DNA of 64,000 bases from a virus (taxonomy: Duplodnaviria; Caudoviricetes), in the IMG/VR virus record IMGVR_UViG_3300049844_000087, positions 1 through 64,000 of that record, one strand, 5' to 3'. Shown piece after piece: positions 1-9,403 of this stretch. The position numbers and the translations under genes were made by a program. Position 1 is the stretch's first letter; each line of letters opens with the position of its first letter. Under the pieces are notes generated by a model that searched no databases, was not told the DNA's origin, and was given only the letters and a program-made list of their open reading frames with translations.

Positions 1-566
1 CAAAAACACATTGCTAACCATTCCCTAATACCAGCATCTATCAACGATGCTTGACCTACTCGCATTTGCACCAATCTGCTAGTATCCGTTGCTAAATTAG
101 TAATTGGGTTAAGTTGTAAAATCGCCGCATTAGGAGCGCCTGTCAAGCTGATCATGACATCGGCATAAACATTACCCTCTTGCCGATACCATTTTCCAGA
201 ATATGTAGTATTCGTACTCCACGTTCCAGTTGGAGTAAAGTCTACTGGCAGCGAATTTGGAGCGCCTTCTATGTTTACAAAGCTTCCCCACGCAGCGGGA
301 CCATTGCTGTAAAAAGCTCCCACCAAAATGGCGTCGGCAAAACTAGTTCTATATGTTGAAGGAACGGTAGTAGACGAAGTCAAAAATACCGATCCACCGT
401 TAATACGCATGTAAAGAAAATACAGAGTATTCGCAGACAGCCCTGAAAGTGTATGAGTATAAGTCACGCCGTTCACGACAGCAGTGATAATACCTCCGCT
501 GTGCGTAAGCGAAGTAGGAATCAAGTGTCTTTGTTTTGAAATATCTGCTCTAGGTACTAATGCCAT
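1..566 (-). CDS. Tail-fibre/virion structural protein, truncated by window edge; paralog of 568..1374
   Basis: ATG at 566, frame open to base 1 (hand-translated MALVPRADISKQRH...); shares SANTLY and LVGAFY.NG...GSFV.IEG.P with the neighbouring ORF. Confidence 0.65.
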   Translation of the reverse strand, partial: MALVPRADISKQRHLIPTSLTHSGGIITAVVNGVTYTHTLSGLSANTLYFLYMRINGGSVFLTSSTTVPSTYRTSFADAILVGAFYSNGPAAWGSFVNIEGAPNSLPVDFTPTGTWSTNTTYSGKWYRQEGNVYADVMISLTGAPNAAILQLNPITNLATDTSRLVQMRVGQASLIDAGIREWLAMCF

Positions 567-567
567 A

Positions 568-1374
568 TTATAAATCCTTCAGCGGGGTGTTAGTCCAACC
601 AGTAGGTATGAATTCGGCCCAGATATTACAACTGAACTGAGCAATAATATCTGACACGTTTACTCCACTGGAAGTTTGTGGTGCAGACCTTACTGGAGTC
701 ATGTCGGTGGCATTATAGATAAAATAAACCCCATCCATTCTTCCGGTATTTAAAGAAGCGCCGTCATATAAACCTGCATGGCCGACATAACTTCCAAAGT
801 TACCATCGCCAGTAGACGGACCATTAAAAGAAAGTCCAGACGGCATACTCAACAGCATTGCTCCGGCATTTCCAGTAGCAGCTCCGCCAGTGCCGTTTCT
901 AAAGTTACTGTGAAGGTGAATATTACTTCCACGCCTCATGTAACGACCTGATGGGTCTATCTTTGAAGTTGCGTTTAGTGTTATAGCTCCACCGCCAGTC
1001 GTATTCAAGGTAGGGATATAGTTTATATAATTTAAAGTAGTTGGTACGCCTTCTATAGTGACGAAACTACCAAAGGCCACCGGAGACATTCCATTTGCGT
1101 AAAAAGCTCCCACTAGTTTCCAATATGTGAACCCAGCAGGACCAACTGAGTTGACATTTGAGGAGTAGCGTAGTTCTACAACTCCACTGTTAAGTACAGC
1201 GTAGATCATGTAGAGGGTGTTTGCGGACATTGAAATATCACTTACGATAGTGCGGGATAAAGAGGAAGTAACATACTGTTGGCCACCAATAGTCAAGCGT
1301 GAGGCTGCCAATGAAATGGTGCCAGTGTTATGGCTAAGAGTTCCAATTTTATCTTCAAAAAGTTTTTGTGCCAT
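568..1374 (-). CDS. Tail-fibre/virion structural protein
   Basis: 268 aa, G/T/S/N-rich beta-type composition; lies in the distal tail block. Confidence 0.6.
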   Translation of the reverse strand: MAQKLFEDKIGTLSHNTGTISLAASRLTIGGQQYVTSSLSRTIVSDISMSANTLYMIYAVLNSGVVELRYSSNVNSVGPAGFTYWKLVGAFYANGMSPVAFGSFVTIEGVPTTLNYINYIPTLNTTGGGAITLNATSKIDPSGRYMRRGSNIHLHSNFRNGTGGAATGNAGAMLLSMPSGLSFNGPSTGDGNFGSYVGHAGLYDGASLNTGRMDGVYFIYNATDMTPVRSAPQTSSGVNVSDIIAQFSCNIWAEFIPTGWTNTPLKDL

Positions 1375-1383
1375 ATTTAATCC

Positions 1384-2487
1384 TTAGAGTTCTGCACTGG
1401 CAGTCCAGTGAAAAAACACAGTATAGAAATTAGTAGAGTAACCTCCAGGGGTGCTAGTTACATTAAAGCCAGTTGGCCCCTCTTGCTGGGGGGTACACGA
1501 TCCTGCCGCTAGAATACTTCCGCCGTCTCCTGCAAATCCAGTATTTTGAACTCCACTAGGAGACCAGCAAAAAGCAGTTGGAGTAGCTCGCTTCTGCACT
1601 CTAAAAAATATTTGTCCCAATCTCTGATACTGATTTACCACGTTGCTATTTCCAGTTCCAAATCCAACAACCCCAGCAGCCAAACCAATATTTTGACCTG
1701 GATAAACAGTTAAATCTGTATTCTTTTCATAATATCTCTGACAAGCGGCTAGCTCGCCTTCAGCATCTTCCCCAAACAATCTAAATGGAGCAGCAAAATC
1801 ACCTTCATTAAGCATTACACCAGTAATGCTAAAAGCAGTTGCGCCTGTATTAACTCCATTAACTTGATTCGCCGTTGCAAATGTAAAGTTATTTTGCCAA
1901 GAGTTTGCTGTAGTTTGATAAGTTGTTCCGGCAGCTATAGTCCATACAATTCTAAGACCTAGTCCGTTAGTTAAATTCCAAGATCCTACGGTATCAGTAG
2001 TAATAGTAATAGTCTTCTTTTCCCAAGTATTAGCGGCATTTATAGTGTACTCAGTTACATAAGACCTATTAGGAGTTCCGTTTACAAATCCAATACAGTA
2101 AATTCCTGGAAGTGTTGCTTTTACCCAAAATGAAAGAGTAATTGTTTTACCATGTAAGTTTGCATAATTAAAACCTTCTACTCTCTGCTGAATAGTGCAA
2201 TAATCTCCTGCCGCTAAAGATGTATCTGGTGTGGTAAGAGTGACCAGCAAACTATTCTTAAAAGCATAAGAAGCTTGAGCAAGCGTTGGCACATCAGAAC
2301 TTTGTGAAATAGTGTGAACCATTGCTCCGTTCTTATCGTATGCGTAGCGGTCTAAAGAGTAAGATCCACCTGCTATAGCTGGGAAAGAAGTTCCTCTTTG
2401 TGCTATATCCATGTCCGCATTGATTAAATAATTCTTCGCAAATTTAGCACTTGCTCCACCTTTGGGTGTAAATCCTGCTCTAGACAT
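1384..2487 (-). CDS. Tail fibre protein with carbohydrate-binding-like domain
   Basis: KNYLINADMDIAQRG, TITLSFWVKA, WEKKTITI and ELAACQRYYEK motifs typical of phage fibre proteins. Confidence 0.7.
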   Translation of the reverse strand: MSRAGFTPKGGASAKFAKNYLINADMDIAQRGTSFPAIAGGSYSLDRYAYDKNGAMVHTISQSSDVPTLAQASYAFKNSLLVTLTTPDTSLAAGDYCTIQQRVEGFNYANLHGKTITLSFWVKATLPGIYCIGFVNGTPNRSYVTEYTINAANTWEKKTITITTDTVGSWNLTNGLGLRIVWTIAAGTTYQTTANSWQNNFTFATANQVNGVNTGATAFSITGVMLNEGDFAAPFRLFGEDAEGELAACQRYYEKNTDLTVYPGQNIGLAAGVVGFGTGNSNVVNQYQRLGQIFFRVQKRATPTAFCWSPSGVQNTGFAGDGGSILAAGSCTPQQEGPTGFNVTSTPGGYSTNFYTVFFHWTASAEL

Positions 2488-4424
2488 TATGGTTTCTCCG
2501 CAATTTTAATATCATGAGTTACGCCATTCCATTCAAGATAAATCTCACAGAGTTTACCATTTGAGGAACGAAGTAACAAGCCTTCTCCAGCAACAGAGCG
2601 ATCAAGTGTTGCATCCTCAGAACCCAATCTATTCTCGGCAAGGAGGTTAGCATTGTCATCTGAATTATCAAAAGCTCCGCCTTCGTTTTGATCAAAGACG
2701 AGAGTTACGAGTTCTCCAGGGTTTAAAAACTGACCGCTTGAAAATACTACTTTGTTTCCGCTGATTGTAAATGCACCGTAGCGATAAACAAGACCAGAGT
2801 TAACGTCGTAGACTTTTAACAAGTCGGGATTAGGTTTGAATTTGGTAAGTGTAAATTCTGTAGTATTCAAATCTCCACTGAATTTAAAGGCTTCGATATT
2901 CTTAACGCCAGTTACAGTAGGAGGTTGGTATCCGTAGAAAATTCCAAAACCTGCAAGTTCTCGACTTGCAGCAGAAGAGGTAATTTCTACTTTCATACTT
3001 TGTGATCGACCTTCGAGAGTGTAGCGCAAAGCTTCACCAGTTACAGCCGACCAAGTAGTACCATTGTAGATTTTAGAATCAGTAGCACCAGAAGCCGTTA
3101 GAGTTCGTAATTGAATTTGTCGAACTCCGGCAGAGAAGTCTGTTTTATATGCTGCGGAAGTTTTAGCTACCAAGTGATAAGTTCCTGCCTTAAGAACTCC
3201 ACCGATTACTACATCAATGTTATTTGCGCCAGCAGTCAAATTAGCAATATTCACTACAGCAGAAGTGGCAATGACATCTCCAGGATTTCCTGCATTGTCT
3301 CTTGCGATTTCAAACCACAGGTCTCCAATGGAAGCTCCAGTTTTAGTTACGATAACGTTCAACAGTCTCTCAACTACTTGAGAAGAAGCCAGTACAAAAG
3401 ACTGAGCTAGTTGCTGAGCCGTAGTAGCATTCAATACTTCATCGGCATTCGAGCCTGTAGTATTTGTTGATACGTTAGTGTTTGCTTCTTCGTCGAAGAA
3501 CAATACGCCTCGGAAAGTATCAGTATCTCCGACTCTTTCCATATCAACTGTTTGATAATTTGTTCCGCCGTTTCTTGAAACTTTATAAGTGGCGCCAGTG
3601 TCGATTGCTCCAGCTTTCCAAAAAGCCATGAGTTCTACACGAGTGATTTCTCGCTCTTCAGTTAAGAAAGCGGAATCAAGCATTTCTACTGAAGTAAATT
3701 TTTCAGTAGAGTCTAGGACGTAAGTTTTATTCACTACGCTATAAGCACCAGTAGTGTTAACGCCGTCCGTCAGAGTTTCTTTATCATTTGCAAAAATTAC
3801 AGGAGTTACAAACTCCCAGCTAGAATCAGCAAAACGTTCTTTCAAACGCTCTAACAATTCATTAGCATTACCGCTTCCACCTGCTCCACCAACTCCTACG
3901 AATTGATAAATGCGTGCGTTAGTGACGTTTTGAATTACACCACCTACGTTTTGGATAACCAAATATCCAATCGCCAAAGTTCCGTCTGGTGCAGGTAGAG
4001 CATTGGCAGCAGCTTCAGAAGCAGCTTCCGTACCCATCAACAAATTCAGTTCGTTATTAGCGTCAAGATAAATTGTGGCTTTAATGTAATTGCCAGAAGC
4101 AACTGTCAAAACTTGATCAGCGCCAGGAGTTACTACGATAGTTCCACCACTAGCAGCAGGGAGTACGATTGTTCCAGAAGTAAAATTAGGAGTATCTGCA
4201 CCGATTGCGGCAACAGTTCTGTTTCTAGAAGTCAGAGGGTTTTGAACTTTACTAGAACCAACGTTCAAAGTCAAGTCAGCAGGACTACTAGGGTAAAGAT
4301 GAAATGGGGGTGTAGTTTCAGCATTTAACGAGCGAAGTAAATCGTCAAGCTCTGTATTAGTTGCAAGAGCTATTCGATTTAACGTGTCTCGTGAAATGGT
4401 CTGTCTAGCGTCAAACTTTTGCAT
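2487..4424 (-). CDS. Virion structural protein (tail/fibre-associated)
   Basis: 645 aa, beta-rich, stop/start overlaps with neighbours. Confidence 0.55.
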   Translation of the reverse strand: MQKFDARQTISRDTLNRIALATNTELDDLLRSLNAETTPPFHLYPSSPADLTLNVGSSKVQNPLTSRNRTVAAIGADTPNFTSGTIVLPAASGGTIVVTPGADQVLTVASGNYIKATIYLDANNELNLLMGTEAASEAAANALPAPDGTLAIGYLVIQNVGGVIQNVTNARIYQFVGVGGAGGSGNANELLERLKERFADSSWEFVTPVIFANDKETLTDGVNTTGAYSVVNKTYVLDSTEKFTSVEMLDSAFLTEEREITRVELMAFWKAGAIDTGATYKVSRNGGTNYQTVDMERVGDTDTFRGVLFFDEEANTNVSTNTTGSNADEVLNATTAQQLAQSFVLASSQVVERLLNVIVTKTGASIGDLWFEIARDNAGNPGDVIATSAVVNIANLTAGANNIDVVIGGVLKAGTYHLVAKTSAAYKTDFSAGVRQIQLRTLTASGATDSKIYNGTTWSAVTGEALRYTLEGRSQSMKVEITSSAASRELAGFGIFYGYQPPTVTGVKNIEAFKFSGDLNTTEFTLTKFKPNPDLLKVYDVNSGLVYRYGAFTISGNKVVFSSGQFLNPGELVTLVFDQNEGGAFDNSDDNANLLAENRLGSEDATLDRSVAGEGLLLRSSNGKLCEIYLEWNGVTHDIKIAEKP

Positions 4425-4426
4425 TA

Positions 4427-4726
4427 TTATGCTCCACGAATTTTTCTATATCTTATTCTATCACCAGGCTCTAGGTTAAAAGTAAACTGAACCTGAGTTC
4501 GAGGTGGAGACCCTACAAAAGTATAGTCTACCACATCGTCTAATACCTGACCATTAAAGTAGATTTCTAACTCTTGTCCATCGTAAGTTTCGCCTCCAGG
4601 AATAGTGATACTAGTCCCAGAGGTAATAGTCGAGTTGATGTCTACTGACTGATCGTAGATGGGCGTACTTGCCGCTTCATCTTGATGTCTTGGTATTCCG
4701 TTGACCAGTCTTAAAAATTTACCCAT
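4427..4726 (-). CDS. Small virion structural protein
   Basis: 99 aa; ELEIYFNGQVL...DYT motif recurs in the 704-aa protein (LAVYLNGQLLELGLDW). Confidence 0.55.
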   Translation of the reverse strand: MGKFLRLVNGIPRHQDEAASTPIYDQSVDINSTITSGTSITIPGGETYDGQELEIYFNGQVLDDVVDYTFVGSPPRTQVQFTFNLEPGDRIRYRKIRGA

Positions 4727-4763
4727 ATCACAACACTACCTCATGTCAGCTTAGGAGTCAACC

Positions 4764-6551
4764 TTAGTTGACGCCGTTAAGCTGCATTGGCATAATCATG
4801 ATGCTGCTAGTTGTTGCCACGATACCAACTCGAACTACTGCTGTGTTAGCGGCAGAAGGAGGAGTGATACTGAAAGCTCCAGCGGCAGTCAGGTACACAG
4901 GCTTTCCAAGATCAGCACCAGCGAAGGCACTGTCGTTTGAACCAAGTGTGTGGCTACCGAACATTACTACGTTAACGCTGTCACCAGCAGATACCGCAGA
5001 AGTTGCCAAAGCAATACCAACAACGTAAAAGTTATCAGCAGAAGTTGCATCATTATCAGCTTTGTAAATTCTACCTGCTGTCTCACCGTTCTTAGCCATT
5101 CGTACCAGGAAGCTAGTGTTAGCTGCCATTGACTCGCCAGCTACCATTGACTTTTGCATCAATGGAGAGTAAGCAACTGCAAGAGCCGAACCGTTACCAC
5201 CAGACAAACCTGCGCCAGCAACGTCACTTCCCAACTTAGCAGCAGTTACAGAAGTAGCTGCCAACTTAGCAGTGCTGATACCTAAATCTTTAACTCGGAG
5301 AGCATCAGTGTTGATTTCGATTGTGGAATCATCAACGTTAACTGCAAGTGCAGAACCGTTACCACCAGAAAGACCGTTACCTGCTACTGAAGCAGTGAGG
5401 TGCGTTTCGTCAATCGAGTTAGTTTTTACGATTGCTGTGATTGAAGGAGTACCATCGTCATAAGTAAAGTCGATAGTAGCGGAGTCAAGCAGAATCGAAC
5501 CGATAGCGTCTTGAGCACGCTCATCAGTGAAGTATAGATTTGCACCTTCTGCAATGTCATCGGTATCAAGAGATACTACGCCAGTCTGACCATTTACGGA
5601 AACAACTGAATCTGTAGTATCTGATTTTTCCCAAACAAGAGAAGAGTTAAGAATTACATAATCGCCTACATCAAACGTGATGTTACCAGAACCTAAGTTC
5701 TGAGTGCCAGCTACCGATACTCGGTAAACGGAACCAATATCACCAGCGCCATCAGCAAGAGCAGGAGAGTTCGTAGAGGCATTCCATACACCTTCATAAG
5801 TCATGATTGCGCTAGGCAATTGCGACAATGGAACTTTACCACCACCGTCTAGGGTAGCGATACCATTGTTTGCGCCAAGCATATCATAACGAAGAGCATC
5901 ACCGTTTCCAGTAGGAGCACCTAAGTTCGTGAGCTTGAAACCGCCCATTGACTGATTACCAGAAAATGCACGAGTACCTGCAACAAGAATATATTGAGTG
6001 TGATCGTCGTCGCCAAGTCCGCCGATTGATCCGTGATCAACTTTAGATTGGTCGAAGCGAATACGAAGTTCTTCGTTTGCACCTGGATTAAGGATCGACT
6101 CTTCGAGAGGATTCGTAGAGTTCGTACCGTTGTCAACAGTTACTTTTGCTGCCAGATAACCAGGAGTGGTATCCGCAGCAGAAATTCCAACTTTCTCATC
6201 GGCAACGTTCGCAAGAGCGGTGTCGATACCTGACAACGCACCTTTTACAGTTGCAGCAGCAGGAGTGAAGTTAGAGTAGGTATTGTCGTCACCTACTAGA
6301 TCAGAACCAGAAGAAGCAGAGCTTGATCCGATTTCAGACTCAGTAAAGTAACGTCCATCGTGATGATGCAGGGAAGCTGCAATATCACTACCGTTTTGTA
6401 GGGTGAGCAAATTGTCAAGAATTGCTTTGGTAAGCTCGGTAGGAGACACTGCTCCAACTTTCAAACTACCGACAACTAACGAGTTCTGTTGAAGATCGAC
6501 GTTTCTTTGAACACCGTTAATCAACCTACTCAATACGCTAATATCAGCCAT
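4764..6551 (-). CDS. Fibre/whisker-like structural protein with C-terminal DUF2190-like domain
   Basis: VVSVNGQTGVVSL motif, duplicated VAG.GLSGGNGSALAV, TAAKL repeats, C-terminal G..VYL...G.FS..PP. Confidence 0.6.
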   Translation of the reverse strand: MADISVLSRLINGVQRNVDLQQNSLVVGSLKVGAVSPTELTKAILDNLLTLQNGSDIAASLHHHDGRYFTESEIGSSSASSGSDLVGDDNTYSNFTPAAATVKGALSGIDTALANVADEKVGISAADTTPGYLAAKVTVDNGTNSTNPLEESILNPGANEELRIRFDQSKVDHGSIGGLGDDDHTQYILVAGTRAFSGNQSMGGFKLTNLGAPTGNGDALRYDMLGANNGIATLDGGGKVPLSQLPSAIMTYEGVWNASTNSPALADGAGDIGSVYRVSVAGTQNLGSGNITFDVGDYVILNSSLVWEKSDTTDSVVSVNGQTGVVSLDTDDIAEGANLYFTDERAQDAIGSILLDSATIDFTYDDGTPSITAIVKTNSIDETHLTASVAGNGLSGGNGSALAVNVDDSTIEINTDALRVKDLGISTAKLAATSVTAAKLGSDVAGAGLSGGNGSALAVAYSPLMQKSMVAGESMAANTSFLVRMAKNGETAGRIYKADNDATSADNFYVVGIALATSAVSAGDSVNVVMFGSHTLGSNDSAFAGADLGKPVYLTAAGAFSITPPSAANTAVVRVGIVATTSSIMIMPMQLNGVN

Positions 6552-6745
6552 TATTCTTTCTCCTCAAGTTTAATAATCTTGATTGATAGTTCAGCGGCCA
6601 TGCCGTAAACATTTAGAACTCGATTAAGCTTCTCTAAAGCATCCTTTTGAATTTGCACGACTTTATCTCCGATTTGACCGGACAACTCTTCGGCTCGTTC
6701 TGGGGACATCTTATTTACATCTACTTTCCGAACTCGTTCTTCCAT
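6551..6745 (-). CDS. Hypothetical protein
   Basis: 64 aa, GAAAGG RBS, stop overlaps the next start. Confidence 0.55.
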   Translation of the reverse strand: MEERVRKVDVNKMSPERAEELSGQIGDKVVQIQKDALEKLNRVLNVYGMAAELSIKIIKLEEKE

Positions 6746-6774
6746 AGTATAACCTTTCTTCTGTTGAAATTTTG

Positions 6775-7224
6775 CTACAACTGCCCGACTACTCTGACAT
6801 TTACCAAAAGGTCAGTTAGTAGCGGATTGTCTTGATTTTTAACCACGATCCCAATACACACGACAAAGTCACCCGCAACGAATCCATTGACTCCAATTGT
6901 AGGTTTTATATGTGTCAGGCCGCCAGTCTTTGACAAAAACATAGAATCGCCAAAAGTACCGGAAACCGTTACATCTGTCAAACGACCTTGAGTCACGATT
7001 CCTACCAAGGAACCATTCGATACCGAATCTTTTGCCACGCCGATGCACGCCAGAGCTTGCGATTCCACAGTGGGATCTACCTTCTGTACGACGCCAGAAG
7101 AATCCAATCGCACTGGATCGGTTCGGTTTAAAGAACCGCCACTTCCATTCGTGCGAGGGGGCAGTTCTGAACTGGTTGCCCCTGCTGTTATAACTGAGCC
7201 TTTCAGTCGTGGATTATAAGTCAT
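6775..7224 (-). CDS. DUF2190-like small structural protein
   Basis: 149 aa; CIGVAKD...GIVTQG...GDSMFLSKTGGLT resembles the C-terminus of the 595-aa protein. Confidence 0.5.
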   Translation of the reverse strand: MTYNPRLKGSVITAGATSSELPPRTNGSGGSLNRTDPVRLDSSGVVQKVDPTVESQALACIGVAKDSVSNGSLVGIVTQGRLTDVTVSGTFGDSMFLSKTGGLTHIKPTIGVNGFVAGDFVVCIGIVVKNQDNPLLTDLLVNVRVVGQL

Positions 7225-9338
7225 TATTGAATATCCCAGCCACTACCAACTGAAATGATAGAAATAGACTCGTACTGAACCAATAATTGTTGAAGCGTAA
7301 CTCCATCAATAAACTGTGCCAATACCGTGTTCACATTCACTGCATTTGCAGAAGCGTCTACTTTCTTTATAACGTATTTTTTACCCAGTACCGAAGATGC
7401 GTCTGGCAGGGTAAGATTTCGTACTCCTGTTCCGGCGTCAACTCGAATATGAGCATCAGTTCCTAAGACTGTGTAATCTGCTGAAACTTCAGTTACAGCG
7501 TCAACACCGCCACCACCACCGCCACCAGTTGAAGAAATTACAAGGGTATTAGCAGTCTGTGAAATGCTTACGTTACTTCCAGCAACGATAGTTCTAAACT
7601 CTAAGTCGATACCAGTCTTCTGTTTGAAGACCTCTCCGCCGCCACCTACGTTAGATCCAGTGTTAGCTTCTCCCGAAGAAGCGCCAACGTTAAATCCACC
7701 AAGAGAGCCAATACGGAAAATAAGCCTATCGTCAATTTCTAAGTCTTGAAGAATTTCAATTTCGTCACTTAAGTTTCCTATAGTGCCGACTTCATTCCAA
7801 TCTAGTCCTAACTCTAATAGTTGACCATTTAAGTAGACTGCTAGTAAACCAGCGCCGACTATGTATTGCTCTTGGACGTTAGAGTCACGAGAATCTAAAG
7901 GTAGAGTAATAATTGTATTCGCTGCTACTGGACCTGTGATTTCATTGTCGTCAGCAGGTGCGCCGGAAACAACGACCATCTTCTCGTCATAGACGTTAGT
8001 GTCAAGCATCAAGCCCAAGGCATTGATGTTTGCTGTGTTGGCTGAGATTGCCGTTACGAGAGACGAAGAAGTATTGAATACGTTACCGAATAACAAAGGA
8101 TTCGGAGTAGCAGTGTATGGAACTGATGTTGCGGTTTCAGGATCAAAACCTAAAAACTGTTCAAGAGCTTCAGGCACTTGATCGCTAATCTCTACGGATT
8201 CGCCTGGATCAAGTTCTCCCAAGCCTCTGACGTAAAGGCGAGAACCTTCTCGGTAAGCGAGCCAGTATGAGTTCTCGTTCAAAGGAACGGAACCAAGTGC
8301 AGAGACGTGGTAGTTAAATGCAGTCAAGCCTACGCCATCGTAGTTAACGTTGGCATAAGGATCTGGAATTTCTACCCAAAGAATTTCTTTGTCGTCGATT
8401 TGAATTGCGTTCACGCCAGACTGACGAGTAAGTGCTAGGTCAGCAGCAGATGAGAATATACGAATATATCCAATAGCATCCGTTTGAAGAGGTGACATTG
8501 CATCGTCAGAAATAGTAAGGAAAGCGCCGTCCCAAGCAAACTTGGCTGAGTCGGAACTACCTGAAATTACTGATAAAGCTGGGTTTGCGAAAGCACCAGG
8601 AAAAGAAACTGCTGGCTCTTCGTACCAATAAGTAGTACCTTTGATTTCTCGGATACCGTCCATCAAAGCATCTAAAAGTTGCTTAAGATTTACGATGTCT
8701 TTGTCAGCGCCAGAAAAAGAAGAACTGAGAGGTTCAGTCCTAGAGGACCAAGGGAAAGTATATCCAGGGTTGCCGTCACGACCAAGTCTGTAGAAAAGGT
8801 TTCTGTGATCGTCGATTGCCGTGATAATTCCGGCGTTGTTTACAGTTACAGTACAGATACGAAGCTTGTTGGCATCGCCTGTAAAGTTAGAAGTGTTGAT
8901 TGAAAAGGTGGCCTTTAAAAACGTATAAGTATCAACGATTTGGCTGAACTCTCCACCCGCTCCACCATTTGCAGTAGAGTCCCAGAAAGCACGAGAATCG
9001 GCTCCACCAGTATCTTTGTCAATAGTCAATTCAACGTAATTGATTGCGTTAGGAGTTAGAGCATCAGTAGAAAGGGCCGGAAGACTAGGAGCGCCGATGT
9101 ATAGTACGCCGTCGTCTTGACCGAGCATACAAGTAGAATTGGCAATGACCAACGAAAGAGTATCTGATCCAATGCTACCGCCAGTAGGTTGGAAACCAGA
9201 GATTACGAAATTGTTATTTGACCAAACATTTTTATGAATCGCCTTTAAATCAGCGCACATAAAGTCTTCGATATTCCTGTAATCAGGAAGGTCTAGACGC
9301 TGGTTAGGCAATATTCTGGTTTGCTGGAGTAGAGCCAT
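7224..9338 (-). CDS. Tail-fibre-proximal structural protein
   Basis: 704 aa; N-terminal RLDLPD...(baseplate/fibre anchor-like), poly-G linker, C-terminal LTLPDAS repeat. Confidence 0.55.
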   Translation of the reverse strand: MALLQQTRILPNQRLDLPDYRNIEDFMCADLKAIHKNVWSNNNFVISGFQPTGGSIGSDTLSLVIANSTCMLGQDDGVLYIGAPSLPALSTDALTPNAINYVELTIDKDTGGADSRAFWDSTANGGAGGEFSQIVDTYTFLKATFSINTSNFTGDANKLRICTVTVNNAGIITAIDDHRNLFYRLGRDGNPGYTFPWSSRTEPLSSSFSGADKDIVNLKQLLDALMDGIREIKGTTYWYEEPAVSFPGAFANPALSVISGSSDSAKFAWDGAFLTISDDAMSPLQTDAIGYIRIFSSAADLALTRQSGVNAIQIDDKEILWVEIPDPYANVNYDGVGLTAFNYHVSALGSVPLNENSYWLAYREGSRLYVRGLGELDPGESVEISDQVPEALEQFLGFDPETATSVPYTATPNPLLFGNVFNTSSSLVTAISANTANINALGLMLDTNVYDEKMVVVSGAPADDNEITGPVAANTIITLPLDSRDSNVQEQYIVGAGLLAVYLNGQLLELGLDWNEVGTIGNLSDEIEILQDLEIDDRLIFRIGSLGGFNVGASSGEANTGSNVGGGGEVFKQKTGIDLEFRTIVAGSNVSISQTANTLVISSTGGGGGGGVDAVTEVSADYTVLGTDAHIRVDAGTGVRNLTLPDASSVLGKKYVIKKVDASANAVNVNTVLAQFIDGVTLQQLLVQYESISIISVGSGWDIQ

Positions 9339-9403
9339 TCTGGTTCCTTATGCTGTTTTTTATTATCTACAGCAATTTTATCACGACCAAGTATCAGTTT
9401 ACG

